A program made the position numbers and the translations under genes. A DNA stretch of 64,000 nt from Candidatus Bathyarchaeota archaeon (GTDB taxonomy: Archaea > Thermoproteota > Bathyarchaeia > Bathyarchaeales > Bathycorpusculaceae): the NCBI GenBank assembly GCA_963826715.1, contig CAWGYA010000008.1:992001-1056000 (forward strand), in the 5' to 3' direction. The notes beneath the pieces are model-generated. The model did no database searches. It saw only the letters and a list, made by a program, of their open reading frames with translations, and had not been told where the DNA came from. Shown piece by piece: positions 1 through 10,241 of the stretch (the stretch's first letter is position 1; each line of letters begins with the position of its first letter).

Positions 1-1071
1 GAAGAAAAAGTTAAGAAAATCATTGCAAACACATTCTTTAGTGAAACTGTAGTTAACAGAATGGTTTCAAAGGTAGCTGACTATGTAATTCTGGCAAGGT
101 TGAGGACTGAGCTCTATCGCCTTAACCGTTGCATTGTTGACTATTCAGAAAAGATGAAGGCTATCTTTGAGTTTCCACAAGTTTACTTTTCAGAAAACGG
201 GTCAGCAAGTCAAAAACCCAAAATCGAAGCAACTTATCAAGACATTAACCTCGCCGATAACATTTCCTCGATCACCCAATTTGCAGATGCACTCTCACAA
301 CTTAACGTAACTCTCTTTAGCAGCGAACCCGACATGCCTCTCTATGCACTCAAAAAAAGCCCTGTTCTGGAGAGGTTAAGACAAGTGGTGACCGTTGACA
401 ACATAAAATCGATGCAGGAAATAAAGAATAAGCTCTCTAATGGACCGCACGCGATAATTGCGTGGTACTCGGCGCTTCTCGGATACAAGACCATTGGACA
501 AGGCATGGGTGATTTACGAGTTTCAAATCTTGCTGAGGCTATAATAAAGAACGAAATCAAACCAGCGTTACTTAAGGAGAATCTTGCTTCAAAGCATTAT
601 ATAAATTCTATCACCTTAAATTTCCTCAAACGCTGCCGCGCCTCTTTCAACGATAAATGCGTCCGAGTTGGCAGAGACCCGCTGCGAAAGCTTCAGAACG
701 GTGAACGCATATTAGGCGCCATTCAACTTGCACAGAAACACAATTTATCAACTAAAGGTCTTGAATTTGGAGTCGCCTGCGCAATCTTGTACTCTGTATT
801 AGCCATTAACAAAAATGATTTGGAGGCTGAAAAAATCAAGTTACTATATGAAAAACGATGCTCGGTAGAAGATGTTCTTACCTATAGCGGCGAATACAAT
901 AAATCAAAATACAATGCTCTCGATGCAGAGAATGACCACGAATTGATTGTTAGAATCCAGAGAAGCTTTGATCATTTAAAAAAAGAGTTAACCTCTTTAA
1001 AGGAAGAATTCATTGACACGAGTTTTCCGGTAACGGTTGATGATTGTTTTCCGAAAGGAAGGTTTAAATAA
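1..1071 (+). CDS. Mannitol-1-phosphate 5-dehydrogenase-like long-chain dehydrogenase (5' end outside window)
   Basis: Frame is open from base 1 (EEKVKKIIANTFFSETVVNRMV). The motifs ETVVNRMV, KLSNGPHAIIAWY and RVGRDPLRKL..ERI match MtlD-family motifs. Confidence 0.65.
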   Translation, partial: EEKVKKIIANTFFSETVVNRMVSKVADYVILARLRTELYRLNRCIVDYSEKMKAIFEFPQVYFSENGSASQKPKIEATYQDINLADNISSITQFADALSQLNVTLFSSEPDMPLYALKKSPVLERLRQVVTVDNIKSMQEIKNKLSNGPHAIIAWYSALLGYKTIGQGMGDLRVSNLAEAIIKNEIKPALLKENLASKHYINSITLNFLKRCRASFNDKCVRVGRDPLRKLQNGERILGAIQLAQKHNLSTKGLEFGVACAILYSVLAINKNDLEAEKIKLLYEKRCSVEDVLTYSGEYNKSKYNALDAENDHELIVRIQRSFDHLKKELTSLKEEFIDTSFPVTVDDCFPKGRFK

Positions 1072-1124
1072 ACACTACCTCATTTCGTATATGCTTCAAG
1101 CTAAAAAACGGATGAAAATTCAGC

Positions 1125-1601
1125 ATGTCACAGGAATACCGCTATATTGTTCGTATTTTGGGTACAGACGTTCAAGGTACCCTTAAGACAGCTTATGCCG
1201 TCTCACAAATTAAAGGCGTCAGCGCAAGTCTCTCCAACGCTATTCTCAAGAAGGCAGGCGTAAACCCTGACCTCCGTGTTGGTTTGATCACTGAATCAGA
1301 CGTCTCAAAAATAGAAGATGTTGTACGGGATCCCGCTAAATACAACATCCCCAGTTGGATGTTTAACCGTCGCAAAGACAGCGACACCGGAAAAGACCAA
1401 CATCTTCTAAGTTCTGAACTCATATACAAAATAAAAACCGACATTGATGGTGCCAAGGAAATTAGGTCTTGGCGAGGATACCGTCACGCTTATAACCTCA
1501 AAGTTCGTGGGCAGAGAACTAAAACCACTGGCAGAGCAGGCAAAGCTTTAGGTGTTAAAAAGAAAACCATGGGCGCAAAGCCCGGAGAAGGAGGCAAATA
1601 A
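1125..1601 (+). CDS. rps13: 30S ribosomal protein uS13
   Basis: [17 protein letters not shown] and [20 protein letters not shown] motifs; first gene of the conserved archaeal operon. Confidence 0.97.
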   Translation: MSQEYRYIVRILGTDVQGTLKTAYAVSQIKGVSASLSNAILKKAGVNPDLRVGLITESDVSKIEDVVRDPAKYNIPSWMFNRRKDSDTGKDQHLLSSELIYKIKTDIDGAKEIRSWRGYRHAYNLKVRGQRTKTTGRAGKALGVKKKTMGAKPGEGGK

Positions 1602-1603
1602 GA

Positions 1604-2194
1604 ATGGGAGATCCAAGGAAACAACGTAAGAAATTTGATACGCCACGGTTCCGATGGCGCAAAGACATCCTCCAAGAAGAACTTAAGTTACTAGGGCAAT
1701 ACGGTTTACGTAACAAACATGAACTCTGGCGCCATAAAACCACTCTTTCAAAAGCCAGAGGCATCGCTCGCTCCTTAATCAGTAAAGACGCAGAAGAACG
1801 AGCAAAAATGGAAAATGAACTTTTGGCAACACTCAAAAAGAAAGGTATATTGCAAGATACCGCAGTCCTTGACAATGTGCTCGACTTAACTATTGAAGAC
1901 ATCTTGGAACGGAGATTGCAAACAATCGTTTTCCGCAAAGGCTTAGCCCGTACGATTTTCCAAGCACGCCAACTCACCACACATGGTCACATAACCATCG
2001 ACAACCGCCGAGTAACTATACCCGGCTACATAGTTCCTAAAGGGGAAGAACCAAAAATTGTTTATTCACCAGAAAGTGCAGTTGCAAAACAAGAGCACCC
2101 CTTGCGACTCGGATTAAGTGTTGTGGCTAAACCGCCAGAGGTTAGGCAACAACCACGAGGTCGTAGAGGTGGACGTGGAGGCGGCAGATTTTGA
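1604..2194 (+). CDS. rps4: 30S ribosomal protein uS4
   Basis: [10 protein letters not shown] start, [18 protein letters not shown] and QARQL..HGHI; RGG-rich C-terminal tail. Confidence 0.97.
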   Translation: MGDPRKQRKKFDTPRFRWRKDILQEELKLLGQYGLRNKHELWRHKTTLSKARGIARSLISKDAEERAKMENELLATLKKKGILQDTAVLDNVLDLTIEDILERRLQTIVFRKGLARTIFQARQLTTHGHITIDNRRVTIPGYIVPKGEEPKIVYSPESAVAKQEHPLRLGLSVVAKPPEVRQQPRGRRGGRGGGRF

Positions 2195-2595
2195 GCGCTA
2201 ACAGCAAAAGAAACGACAAATGGGGAATCGTCCACATCTTTAGTTCATACAATAACACTCTAATTCACATTACTGACATATCCGGCGCAGAAACAATAGC
2301 CCGAACCACAGGCGGAATGTTCGTCAAAGCTGACCGCATGGAATCCTCTCCATACGCAGCAATGCGTGCAGCAACAGGCGCAGCAGAAATCGCACGTGAC
2401 AAAGGCGTCACCGCAATTCATATCAAAGTTCGAGCTCCAGGTGGATCTGGACCAAGAACTCCTGGACCCGGTGCACAAGCAGCGATCAGGGCTTTTGCAC
2501 GATTCGGTTTTCGAATTGAACGCATCGAAGAAGTCACACCAATCCCCCACGACGGAACAAGACGACCTGGTGGCCGAAGAGGAAGAAGAGTCTAA
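2191..2595 (+). CDS. rps11: 30S ribosomal protein uS11
   Basis: [32 protein letters not shown] and [16 protein letters not shown]; TTG start overlaps the rps4 stop. Confidence 0.97.
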   Translation: MSANSKRNDKWGIVHIFSSYNNTLIHITDISGAETIARTTGGMFVKADRMESSPYAAMRAATGAAEIARDKGVTAIHIKVRAPGGSGPRTPGPGAQAAIRAFARFGFRIERIEEVTPIPHDGTRRPGGRRGRRV

Positions 2596-2699
2596 TCTCT
2601 CTTTATCCCACTATTTAAAGGGAAAAATACAAATAATGCACCGAAATATCCTATTGCCCGCAAACCCATTATGGGAATCTTATTGGAGGATTTGAGCAA

Positions 2700-3515
2700 G
2701 TGAAAATTGAAATATTGGAAAAAAATGACACTAACCTTCGCGTTATAGTTCGTGACGCGGATGTACCATTAATGAATGCTTTGCGTCGGTTAGCACTTGC
2801 TGAAGTTCCTTGTATGGCAATCGAAGAGGTTGTCATGATTGAGAACAGTTCAATTCTCCAAGACGAAATTATTGCACATCGTCTAGGACTTACACCACTG
2901 CGAACGGATTTGGACTCTTACAATTCGCCTGAGGACTGTGAATGCCAAAGCGAATTTGGTTGCTCACAGTGCCGTGTCACACTAACACTTGATGCAGAAG
3001 CTAAAGATGGTACAAGAACAGTTTACTCAGGCGAGATTGTCTCAGAAAACCCTGAAATTCTTCCTGTATCCGATACGATTCCAATTATCAAGCTGGCAAA
3101 AAACCAGAAACTAAAACTTGAAGCTTATGCAAGACTCGGTAGAGGTAAAACTCACGCCAAATGGCAACCGGTTTCTATGTGTGCGTACAAATATTATCCT
3201 CAAATCACGACTCCGACAGAGAAGTGTGAGGGTTGCTCAAAATGCGTTGATGTTTGTCCCAAGAAAGTTTTTGCTTTTAAGAATGAAAAAGTTTCTGTCC
3301 GTGACCTCTTAGCTTGCAACCTTTGCATGGATTGCGTTGAAGCTTGTCCTCAAAAGCCTTCGCCGTTAAAGGTGGAGTGGGAAAAGAACGCATTTGTCAT
3401 GAACATTGAGTCTACGGGTTCGCTTCCCCCAGAACGTGTGCTTAAAGAAGCAACGAAATTGTTAGGTAAACAACTAGATGAATTTGAAGAACTAATCAAG
3501 GCTGAACAACAATGA
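2700..3515 (+). CDS. rpoD: DNA-directed RNA polymerase subunit Rpo3 (RpoD) with ferredoxin-like insert
   Basis: NALRR...EVP, ENSS..DEIIAHRLGL, HAKWQP; two CxxCxxCxxxCP motifs; operon position. Confidence 0.96.
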   Translation: MKIEILEKNDTNLRVIVRDADVPLMNALRRLALAEVPCMAIEEVVMIENSSILQDEIIAHRLGLTPLRTDLDSYNSPEDCECQSEFGCSQCRVTLTLDAEAKDGTRTVYSGEIVSENPEILPVSDTIPIIKLAKNQKLKLEAYARLGRGKTHAKWQPVSMCAYKYYPQITTPTEKCEGCSKCVDVCPKKVFAFKNEKVSVRDLLACNLCMDCVEACPQKPSPLKVEWEKNAFVMNIESTGSLPPERVLKEATKLLGKQLDEFEELIKAEQQ

Positions 3516-3874
3516 GAGAAACCAAAACCACTAATCCTCAACTAATCGAACTTATCCGTTTTCTACGGAAAACAAGCCGAGAACAGGATGCCCCCATCTG
3601 GCTGGATGTTGCTGACTACCTGGCTAAAACTCGTAGACAACGTATCTCTGTTAATTTAGGTAACATCAATCGGCATACAGAAAACGCTGACGTTATTGTC
3701 GTTCCAGGAAAAATATTGGCTTCAGGTACACTGGATCATGGGTTGACAGTTGCTGCATTTGAAGCGTCTAATGCAGCAAAAGTCAAGCTTGAAGCTGCTA
3801 AAGCAAAATATGTTCCAATTAAAGAACTAGTCGGTAAGAACCCTAAGGGCTCAAACATTAAAATCATCCGGTGA
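3512..3874 (+). CDS. rpl18e: 50S ribosomal protein eL18
   Basis: TNP.L..LI, VNL..INR, VVPGKIL..G and NPKGSNIKII. Confidence 0.95.
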   Translation: MRETKTTNPQLIELIRFLRKTSREQDAPIWLDVADYLAKTRRQRISVNLGNINRHTENADVIVVPGKILASGTLDHGLTVAAFEASNAAKVKLEAAKAKYVPIKELVGKNPKGSNIKIIR

Positions 3875-3881
3875 AAACAAA

Positions 3882-4346
3882 ATGTCACAAACTATAACTA
3901 AACCCACAAAATCGCCAAAAGTTATCTTGGTGAATGCAGAGGGCTTAATCGTTGGTCGAATGGGCAGCAAAGTTGCTAAAATGCTGCTTAATGGCGAGGA
4001 AATCATAATACTTAATGCTGAAAAAGCTGTTTTCTCAGGAAAACGCAAAAGCAAAATTGCGGAAGCTCATCTTTTCCTTGAAGTCGGCGCTCCTGAGCGT
4101 GGACCTTTTCATTATCGCAGACCTGACCGTTTCCTACGCAAAACTGTCCGTGGCATGCTCCCCTACAAGCAACCGAGAGGCAAAAGTGCTTACAAACGCC
4201 TAAAGGCTTACATGGGTGTACCTATGGAATTCAAGGAGAAAGAAATGATAACATTCACTGAAGCTTCAGCTACCAACCTTAAGGGTCCCCGTATTACTCT
4301 TGGAGAATTGGCCTCTGAAATCGGCTGGAGAAACAGGATGGAATAA
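3882..4346 (+). CDS. rpl13: 50S ribosomal protein uL13
   Basis: IVGR..S.VAK.LL, NAEKAV.SG, GPFHYRRPD and VRGMLP. Confidence 0.96.
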   Translation: MSQTITKPTKSPKVILVNAEGLIVGRMGSKVAKMLLNGEEIIILNAEKAVFSGKRKSKIAEAHLFLEVGAPERGPFHYRRPDRFLRKTVRGMLPYKQPRGKSAYKRLKAYMGVPMEFKEKEMITFTEASATNLKGPRITLGELASEIGWRNRME

Positions 4347-4348
4347 TC

Positions 4349-4759
4349 ATGCCCGCAAAAAAAGTACTTGTAGTTAGTGGAAAACGAAAAACCGCCGTAG
4401 CCCGCGCCATAATTAAGCAAGGAATCGGTAAAGTCCGCATAAACCTTACACCAGTAGAAATTTACGAACCTGATATTGCCAAAGCAAAAATAATGGAACC
4501 CCTATTGCAAGCTGGTGGAGACGTCTGGCAACAAGTCGACATGGACGTTAAAACCAGAGGCGGCGGCTATATGGGGCAAGCAGAAGCAGCTCGTATGGCA
4601 ATTGCCAATGGACTTCTCAAATGGACCAAGAGCACTCATTTACGCACAGTTTTCAATGAATACGACCGCACCATGGTTGCAGGCGACAGCCGAGCTAAAG
4701 AAACCAAGAAAGTTGGCGGCGCAGGCGCACGTTCCAAGGAACAGAAAAGTTACAGATAA
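4349..4759 (+). CDS. rps9: 30S ribosomal protein uS9
   Basis: [26 protein letters not shown]-terminal QKSYR. Confidence 0.97.
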   Translation: MPAKKVLVVSGKRKTAVARAIIKQGIGKVRINLTPVEIYEPDIAKAKIMEPLLQAGGDVWQQVDMDVKTRGGGYMGQAEAARMAIANGLLKWTKSTHLRTVFNEYDRTMVAGDSRAKETKKVGGAGARSKEQKSYR

Positions 4760-4772
4760 GGAGATAGAAAAA

Positions 4773-5003
4773 GTGATAATTCCCGTAAGATGTTTCACCT
4801 GCGGCAAGTTGGTTGGAGACAGATGGGACGAATTCACACGACGCATAAAAACCGGCGAAAACGCCAGCGACGTCCTCGACAGCTTAGGTCTCAAACGGTA
4901 CTGCTGCAGACGCATGCTACTCTCAAACGTAGAAATTATTGACGAAGTTCTGCGCTTCTACGAAGAAGCAGAGAAACGCAAAGAAGCCCGCAACCTATAC
5001 TAA
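4773..5003 (+). CDS. rpoN: DNA-directed RNA polymerase subunit Rpo10 (RpoN)
   Basis: GTG at 4773 after an SD-like AAGGAG gives [12 protein letters not shown]...[14 protein letters not shown]. The listed 4515 start is an overextension into rps9. Confidence 0.95.
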   Translation: MIIPVRCFTCGKLVGDRWDEFTRRIKTGENASDVLDSLGLKRYCCRRMLLSNVEIIDEVLRFYEEAEKRKEARNLY

Positions 5004-5227
5004 ACCTTTTTTCACCAACCACCATTTTCTCTAAATTGCTTTTTTATTTTAAAACAGAACTTATAACGTGTTAGCTGCAAAGTTCATCTGCCAACCAAGA
5101 ACTAAAGTCAAATTTCAACCTAAACAAACCCAACAACCACTCAAAGTAGCCTTAAAGTTTATATTTGCGTTTGATTTTTGGGTATTTCCGAATTAAAGAA
5201 GATTCTACTAAAGTAGGGATAACAAAT

Positions 5228-6871
5228 ATGGCGTATTTGACAACAACAGGTTCAGGACAACCAGTCCTCATCCTCAAAGAAGGAACAACCCGAAGCAGAG
5301 GCAAAGAAGCCCAAAGAAATAACATTATGGCAGCCAGAGTTATCGGCGAAGTTCTCAAAACCACCCTTGGACCACGCGGTATGGACAAAATGCTCATTGA
5401 CAGCTTAGGCGACATCACAATAACCAATGATGGCGCAGCAATCCTCAAAGAAATTGACGTTGAGCATCCTGCAGCAAAAATGATGGTTGAAATCGCCAAA
5501 ACCCAAGATGATATGGTCGGCGACGGAACCACTAGTGCCGTTGTAATAGCAAGCGAGCTTCTCCGCAAAGCCGAAGAACTTCTCGACCAAAATATTCATC
5601 CAACCATCCTTGTTAGCGGCTTCCGAAAAGCTTCTCAGAAAGCCATCGAGGTCATCAACAAAACTTCCGTGCCCCTTGACATCAACGACAAAAAACTGCT
5701 TTTAAAAGTTGCCTTGACTAGCATGAGCAGCAAAGCTGTTGGTTCAGCGAAAGAACACCTTGCCGAAATTAGCATCGAAGCCGTTAAGCAGATTGCTGAG
5801 CAGCGAGGCGAAAAAACGATTGCTGATATAGATAACATCCAACTTATCAAGAAAACAGGCAAAAGCCTCCTTGAAACCGAACTTATCAGAGGAATTATAA
5901 TCGACAAAGAAGTCGTCAACCCCGGCATGCCAAAGATGAAGGAAAACGCCAAAATCGCGCTTCTTGACTCAGCCCTAGAAATCGAGAAAACCGAAATCTC
6001 AGCCGAAATCCGAATCAAAGATCCATCACAAATGAAGGCTTTCTTAGATCAAGAAACTACCATGATGCAAGACATGGTCACTAAAGTCAAAGCTTCTGGC
6101 GCAAACGTGATTTTCTGCCAAAAAGGAATCGACGACATGGTTCAGCATTTCCTTTCAAAAGCAGGTATCATCGCAGCACGTAGAGTCAAGGAATCCGATA
6201 TGGAAAAACTCGCACGCGCAACAGGCGGCAGAATTGTCAGCGACCTAGACGACCTCAAAAAAGCAGACCTTGGTAGCGCGGGTCTAGTAGAAGAACGCAA
6301 AATCGGTGACGATAAATTGATCTTCGTCGAAAAATGCAAAGACCCTCATAGCGTAGCAATCCTCATCCGCGCAGGACTCGAACGCATGGTAGATGAAGCT
6401 GAACGCGCAATGATAGACTCTCTCTCAGTCGTATCAGACGTCATCGAAAACAACAAAATCGTTCCAGGTGGCGGCGCGATCGAAATCGAAATCTCAAAAG
6501 AACTCCGCAAATATGCAACCAAAGTTGGTGGCAGAGAACAACTAGCCGTTGAAGCATTTGCGAACGCAGTAGAAGTCATCCCACGCACCCTCGCCGAAAA
6601 CGCAGGCTTAGAGCCAATCGACATCCTAGTTGAACTGAGGAGCGCCCACGATAAAGAAAACGGCAAATTTATGGGAATCAACATATTCTCAGGCAAACTC
6701 CAAGATAGCATCGCAAACGGCGTAATCGAACCAATCATGGTTAAAGAACAAGCCATCAAATCTGCATCTGAATCAGCCGCAATGATACTGCGCATTGACG
6801 ACGTAATTACTGCTAAAGCGCCAAAAGGCGGTCCGGGCGGCGGAATGCCGGGTGGAATGGGCGAAGAATAA
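5228..6871 (+). CDS. ths: Thermosome (group II chaperonin) subunit, paralog 1
   Basis: [22 protein letters not shown] and a GGM tail; ATG at 5228 ([19 protein letters not shown]). Confidence 0.97.
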   Translation: MAYLTTTGSGQPVLILKEGTTRSRGKEAQRNNIMAARVIGEVLKTTLGPRGMDKMLIDSLGDITITNDGAAILKEIDVEHPAAKMMVEIAKTQDDMVGDGTTSAVVIASELLRKAEELLDQNIHPTILVSGFRKASQKAIEVINKTSVPLDINDKKLLLKVALTSMSSKAVGSAKEHLAEISIEAVKQIAEQRGEKTIADIDNIQLIKKTGKSLLETELIRGIIIDKEVVNPGMPKMKENAKIALLDSALEIEKTEISAEIRIKDPSQMKAFLDQETTMMQDMVTKVKASGANVIFCQKGIDDMVQHFLSKAGIIAARRVKESDMEKLARATGGRIVSDLDDLKKADLGSAGLVEERKIGDDKLIFVEKCKDPHSVAILIRAGLERMVDEAERAMIDSLSVVSDVIENNKIVPGGGAIEIEISKELRKYATKVGGREQLAVEAFANAVEVIPRTLAENAGLEPIDILVELRSAHDKENGKFMGINIFSGKLQDSIANGVIEPIMVKEQAIKSASESAAMILRIDDVITAKAPKGGPGGGMPGGMGEE

Positions 6872-7292
6872 ACTTCCCCAAATTATTTTTCCTTTATTTT
6901 AAAAACAAGTGATACGTCAATTTTGATTTTTTATAAACTTAGCTCACATCTATTTTGTCAGAGCTTCAATTTAATTTAAATGTCGACGTTAAAACCAAAC
7001 AAGTTTTCAAATTACTCAAGGTGCCGCTCGAGATAACAGTTATGCCAGCAATACCCTCTTGGTGACTCATGGCATTACTGAAGTTCAGGGTTAATTGTTA
7101 GATTTGGAAGGTTATTGTTTTAAGTTCTTGCTCAATATCCACCTAATGATACCTTCATCAAGTAGTATCCTGTGGCTTATCAATCAAGCCTAATCCACAA
7201 ATTCCCCCCTCTTTTATCGATTAAGGGTGTATTTCCGCTAAAAATGGTTTTATACTCATATTCTGTTGCGATTTAGATTAGGTATTGCCTCT

Positions 7293-8266
7293 GTGTCACT
7301 GATCGAGTCAGTAGCTATAGTGCTTGGGTTATTAGTGTTCGAAGTAGTAAACAGCTTAGACAACGCCATTGTAAACGCCAGTGTTCTAAAAACCATGGGT
7401 ATACTTTGGCGCAATCGGTTCCTATTTATAGGCATCCTAACATCGGTTTTTCTCGTCAGATTTGTTTTGCCACTGATTATAGTTTGGATTTCGGTTCCCT
7501 CCATAAGCGGCGCAGACCTTTTCCTTGCGTTTCTAGGAAAAAGTGACGTAGCGGCAAACGCCATAGAAATGCAAAAGCCCATCATCCTCATGTTCGGAGG
7601 GGTGTTCTTATTGTTTCTCTATTTCCACTGGCTTTTTCTTGAGCGGAAGGAGCCTTTATTCATCGAACGCTATCTTAAACAAAAGCATGGTGTCTGGTTC
7701 TTCGCTTTCGCAGCAATAATCTTGGTTATCGTTATGTACTTGGCTCGAGCAAACTCAACGATGATGCTTTCCGCCGCCATAGGCAGCGCCACCTTCTTCA
7801 TACTCTTTGGGTTAAACAGACAGCAGAGGAAAACGAACGAAATCTCGTCGAAGGAACTAGCCGAATGGGAGACTTCTCAAAATTCGTTTACCTCGAAGTC
7901 TTGGACATGACGTTTAGCTTCGATGGGGTGATTGGCGCTTTCGCCTTCACAATAAATTTAATTTTGATTTTAATCGGAATCGGAATTGGCGCTATCGTGG
8001 TCCGGGAGTTAACTATCAAAGGCATCGACACCATTGCCAAATACAAGTATCTCAAAAATGGTGCCTTAACCTCAATCGGCTTTCTTGGGCTTTTTATGAT
8101 CGTAGAAGCATTTAACGTCGAATTGCCCTCTATTTTGCCGATAGTCATCACATTCGCTTTAATTGGACTTGCGTTCTATATGTCCCGCCGGGCATTAGCC
8201 AAAAACAGATCCTGCCAACTAAACAAACCACCCCCGCTATTTTCGCCGTCAAACTCGTCGAAATGA
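7293..8266 (+). pseudogene. TerC/DUF475-family membrane protein split by a single-base frameshift near 7811-7817
   Basis: ORF1 has S.DNAIVNA.VL..M and ORF2 has YLEVLD.TFSFDGVIGAFA and YLKNGA..SI. The halves join if one base is restored at TTA AAC. Confidence 0.8.
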
Positions 8267-8316
8267 GAGTAAGGTAAATTAATACAGGTGAAATGTTTAT
8301 GTACGCCAAACAGTGC

Positions 8317-8394
8317 GCTCCGGTAGTATAGTCCGGTCAAGTATAGCGGCCTCTCGAGTCGCGGACCCGGGTCCGAATCCCGGCCGGAGCACCA
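8317..8394 (+). tRNA. tRNA-Glu(CTC)
   Basis: GCTCCGG/CCGGAGC acceptor stem, GCGGC-CT CTC GA-GTCGC anticodon arm, encoded CCA; T-loop reads TCCGAAT. Confidence 0.95.
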
Positions 8395-8409
8395 ATTAAT
8401 TCTTAAAAC

Positions 8410-9513
8410 CTATTTGTAAGTCAGTGTTGAGCAGAGTTCCTCCACGGTACGGTTAAGTGTGAGTTCTGCCATGTTCCGACCATAATCCATAATTCTCCTT
8501 GAACTATCAAAAATCAAACGCAAAATGGATGTCAAATTCGGATCCATTTTCTTGCTAGAAATTAACATAATCAATGCGTTCTCAAGTGGCACGATTGCTT
8601 CTCGCTTCGAAATCAGTTTCTCCGCATCCTTGTAGTCTCTCTTGAAAACTGCTTTGATCGCATCTTCATATAGCTGCTGTGCTTGTGCACAGAACTCAGT
8701 GAGTTGCCCATAGACTTCTTCGTCGATCGGGTCCTTGATGAAGAGGGTTTCTTCGTTGATTAATTTCTGAAAGGCACTGATGTTATTTATTATGTTAAGT
8801 GCATTTTCGCCAATATTTTCAACGTCGTTAACTGCAATGCGATAAAGTAAAAACTCTTTTGGGGTGCGAAAACCGAGTTCGCGGTAGAGGTTGCGCTCGA
8901 TGCCGTATTTTAGTTGGCGAACTATATAGAGTCCCAAACGGTTCACATCGTTGCGGGCATGGATGACACTTTCATAAAGTGTGGTGTTATGGTCGTTCAA
9001 GTAGGCGATAGCGTCACGATTTGCAACGAGCGCCACAATGGCCATGCGTCTGATTGCTTTCTCTATTCCGAATTCTGAATGTCTGATCAAGATTTGTAAA
9101 GTTATTTCATCCGGCGTTTCGTCAATGATTTCTGCACCTAGAAACGTATCTCGAACAAAGTTTTTAGTTTCGATTTTGTATTTTGGGGCGTCTATGAGGT
9201 TTTTGAAGTGGATATGGATTATATCAGCGCCTATAGCGTATAGTGCTCTTATCATGCGGAGTGCCGACTCAGGGGCTCCTTTTGGGTCTACGTTTATGAA
9301 GTATTCTTTGGGCTTAGATGCCTCTTCTCTGCCCTCTTTCTCCATAATTTTTCTTGGCACCAAAGAGAGAGTTTTGTCCGGTTGGATGTTAAACGCGATT
9401 TCACTGCCACGTTTCAAACCTAAATCTTCTACCCACTCTTTGGGGAGGGATATGATGAAGGAGCCTCTGCCTGTACATTGGACTCGTCGGTATCCAAGGT
9501 CTTTTACCGCCAA
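8410..9513 (-). CDS. AbrB/MazE-domain plus PhoU-repeat regulator
   Basis: N-terminal RRVQ.TG.GSFIISLPKEWV...GL..G (archaeal AbrB-like) followed by PhoU-like helical repeats (ENIGENA, RRIMDYGRNMAE). Probable TTG start at 9513; the ORF is open to 9588. Confidence 0.85.
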   Translation of the reverse strand: MAVKDLGYRRVQCTGRGSFIISLPKEWVEDLGLKRGSEIAFNIQPDKTLSLVPRKIMEKEGREEASKPKEYFINVDPKGAPESALRMIRALYAIGADIIHIHFKNLIDAPKYKIETKNFVRDTFLGAEIIDETPDEITLQILIRHSEFGIEKAIRRMAIVALVANRDAIAYLNDHNTTLYESVIHARNDVNRLGLYIVRQLKYGIERNLYRELGFRTPKEFLLYRIAVNDVENIGENALNIINNISAFQKLINEETLFIKDPIDEEVYGQLTEFCAQAQQLYEDAIKAVFKRDYKDAEKLISKREAIVPLENALIMLISSKKMDPNLTSILRLIFDSSRRIMDYGRNMAELTLNRTVEELCSTLTYK

Positions 9514-9553
9514 TGAAATTCCACCAATGATAAATGATTCGTTTATATAACAT

Positions 9554-9565
9554 GGTTCATGAACC
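9554..9565. promoter_or_regulatory. Perfect palindrome GGTTCATGAACC between two TATA-like boxes in a divergent promoter region; candidate operator
   Basis: 12-bp perfect inverted repeat flanked by TTTATATA (9542) and ATATAAA (9569). Confidence 0.4.
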
Positions 9566-9797
9566 GTCATATAAATGATTTTCAACAAGGTTATATAGAA
9601 TATGTGCCATTGTGGAGGGCTGTCTCAAGAATGAAGAGTGCTATAAATGCCGTTAAACACCTGCAAGGTAATGCTAAAAAAAGGTGAAAAAGAGATTGCG
9701 AGCGAGGGCATTTTATGCACAAATGATCCAGACTTACATATTTTAATGCTCACTTGTTCGCGCTAAGCAATAAAAAATTAAAAAGGTTGAAAATATA

Positions 9798-10241
9798 TTG
9801 AAAAAAGTTATCGCTAAACAAGAAGCTTGTATCGGCTGTGGACTATGTGAAGTATACTGCACAGTAGCACACTCCAAATCAAAAGACTTAATCAAGGCCC
9901 ACAATGAGGAAAACCCAAAACCAATAAGTCGTATCCAGCGCGAAATCAGCAAGCCAATCTCGTTTGCTATACAATGTCACCACTGTAAAGATGCCCCATG
10001 CGTACTCGCATGCTTAACCGGTGCCATGACCAAAGACCCAAAAACAGGCAAAGTCATCCACAATAAAGACAAATGTATGGGTTGCTGGACTTGCATCATG
10101 GTTTGTCCCTATGGCGCCATAAAGATGGATAAAGAAAACAAAGTCGTCACTAAATGCGATCTATGCCAGGATCTCAAAGAACCCGCATGCGTTGCTAATT
10201 GCCCCAATCAAGCTCTAATATTCATTGAGGTGAAACGCTAA
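9798..10241 (+). CDS. 4Fe-4S dicluster electron-transfer protein of the glutamate synthase cluster
   Basis: Four Cys clusters: CIGCGLCEVYC, CHHC..APC..AC, CMGCWTCIMVCP and KCDLC...PAC..NCP. Confidence 0.9.
   Translation: MKKVIAKQEACIGCGLCEVYCTVAHSKSKDLIKAHNEENPKPISRIQREISKPISFAIQCHHCKDAPCVLACLTGAMTKDPKTGKVIHNKDKCMGCWTCIMVCPYGAIKMDKENKVVTKCDLCQDLKEPACVANCPNQALIFIEVKR

Noticed and set aside
4515-4772. N-terminal extension of RpoN
   Set aside because: Overlaps rps9 in another frame; the true start is GTG at 4773.
5183-5190. GTATTTCC shared upstream of both thermosome genes (also 55781 and 7229) as a heat-shock operator
   Set aside because: Only 8 bp, not palindromic, at different distances from the starts; chance cannot be excluded.
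7030-7260. yybP-ykoY manganese riboswitch upstream of the TerC-like gene
   Set aside because: A hairpin CAGTTATGCCA/TGGCATTACTG is present, but the GGGGAGUAG and GAGACC core elements are not.
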